Assembly: GCA_050736715.1 (NCBI GenBank) | Contig: JBOHWK010000111.1 | Span: 1-59,242 of the forward strand | From: Candidatus Binataceae bacterium | GTDB taxonomy: Bacteria > Desulfobacterota > Binatia > Binatales > Binataceae | Direction: 5' to 3' | DNA: 59,242 bases | Shown here: positions 59,197 to 59,242 of the stretch, piece after piece | Numbering within the stretch: the first letter of the stretch is position 1 | Layout: every line of letters begins with the position of its first letter | Position numbers and translations under genes: made by a program | Notes under the pieces: generated by a model | Databases searched by the model: none | Seen by the model: the letters and a program-made list of their open reading frames with translations, nothing else | Told to the model about the DNA's origin: nothing

Positions 59197-59242
59197 TGCG
59201 AACCGGGAGACCCAAGGCGGAGTTGGTGTTGAGCGCGGAAGA
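59197..59242 (+). mobile_element. 5' end of a possible IS630-family transposase gene (partial, runs off the window)
   Basis: AAGGAGAG SD then MRTGRPKAELVLSAE..., which resembles the GRPK..LVLS..E N-terminus I recall for IS630-type HTH transposases. Only 15 codons are visible. Confidence 0.35.

Overview
GC-rich chromosomal segment from a diderm (Gram-negative-type) bacterium; taxon not assignable from sequence alone. It is mostly core metabolism and envelope biogenesis. On the minus strand: two tandem CNNM/CorC-type CBS-domain genes, then a translationally coupled operon of LuxE-like acyl-protein synthetase, LuxC-like reductase, class-III aminotransferase, orphan histidine kinase and ThiL. tRNA-Asn follows, then a minimal Tad/Flp pilus locus (two flp, cpaB, cpaC, cpaE, cpaF, tadB, tadC) with DUF192 and a frameshifted PAP2 gene. 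On the plus strand there is a tetrapyrrole operon (sirC-like, ccsA/hemX-like, hemA, hemC, cobA-hemD fusion, yjbR, hemB). After it come TetR plus an LLM oxidoreductase, DedA, gltA, guaB, a crotonase and a class-I FBP aldolase. The outer-membrane block holds an LpxL-family acyltransferase, an orphan GspD secretin, lolCE/lolD, a 1041-aa NHL-repeat exoprotein, bamA, skp, fabZ, lpxA, lpxI and a Gfo/Idh/MocA gene. The best-supported unusual items are five. (1) The LuxE-LuxC-aminotransferase operon implies a carboxylate-to-aldehyde-to-amine route. (2) A ~1.2 kb insertion carrying hicBA plus RHH/relE duplicates the 3' end of the Gfo/Idh/MocA gene and has a 13-14 bp core present three times. (3) A 2.5-copy tandem array of a structured ~175 bp unit sits at the left edge. 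(4) lpxA has no canonical start codon. (5) The guaB leader is made of palindromes and a terminator. Functional calls rest on motifs read from the translations; no database search was possible.
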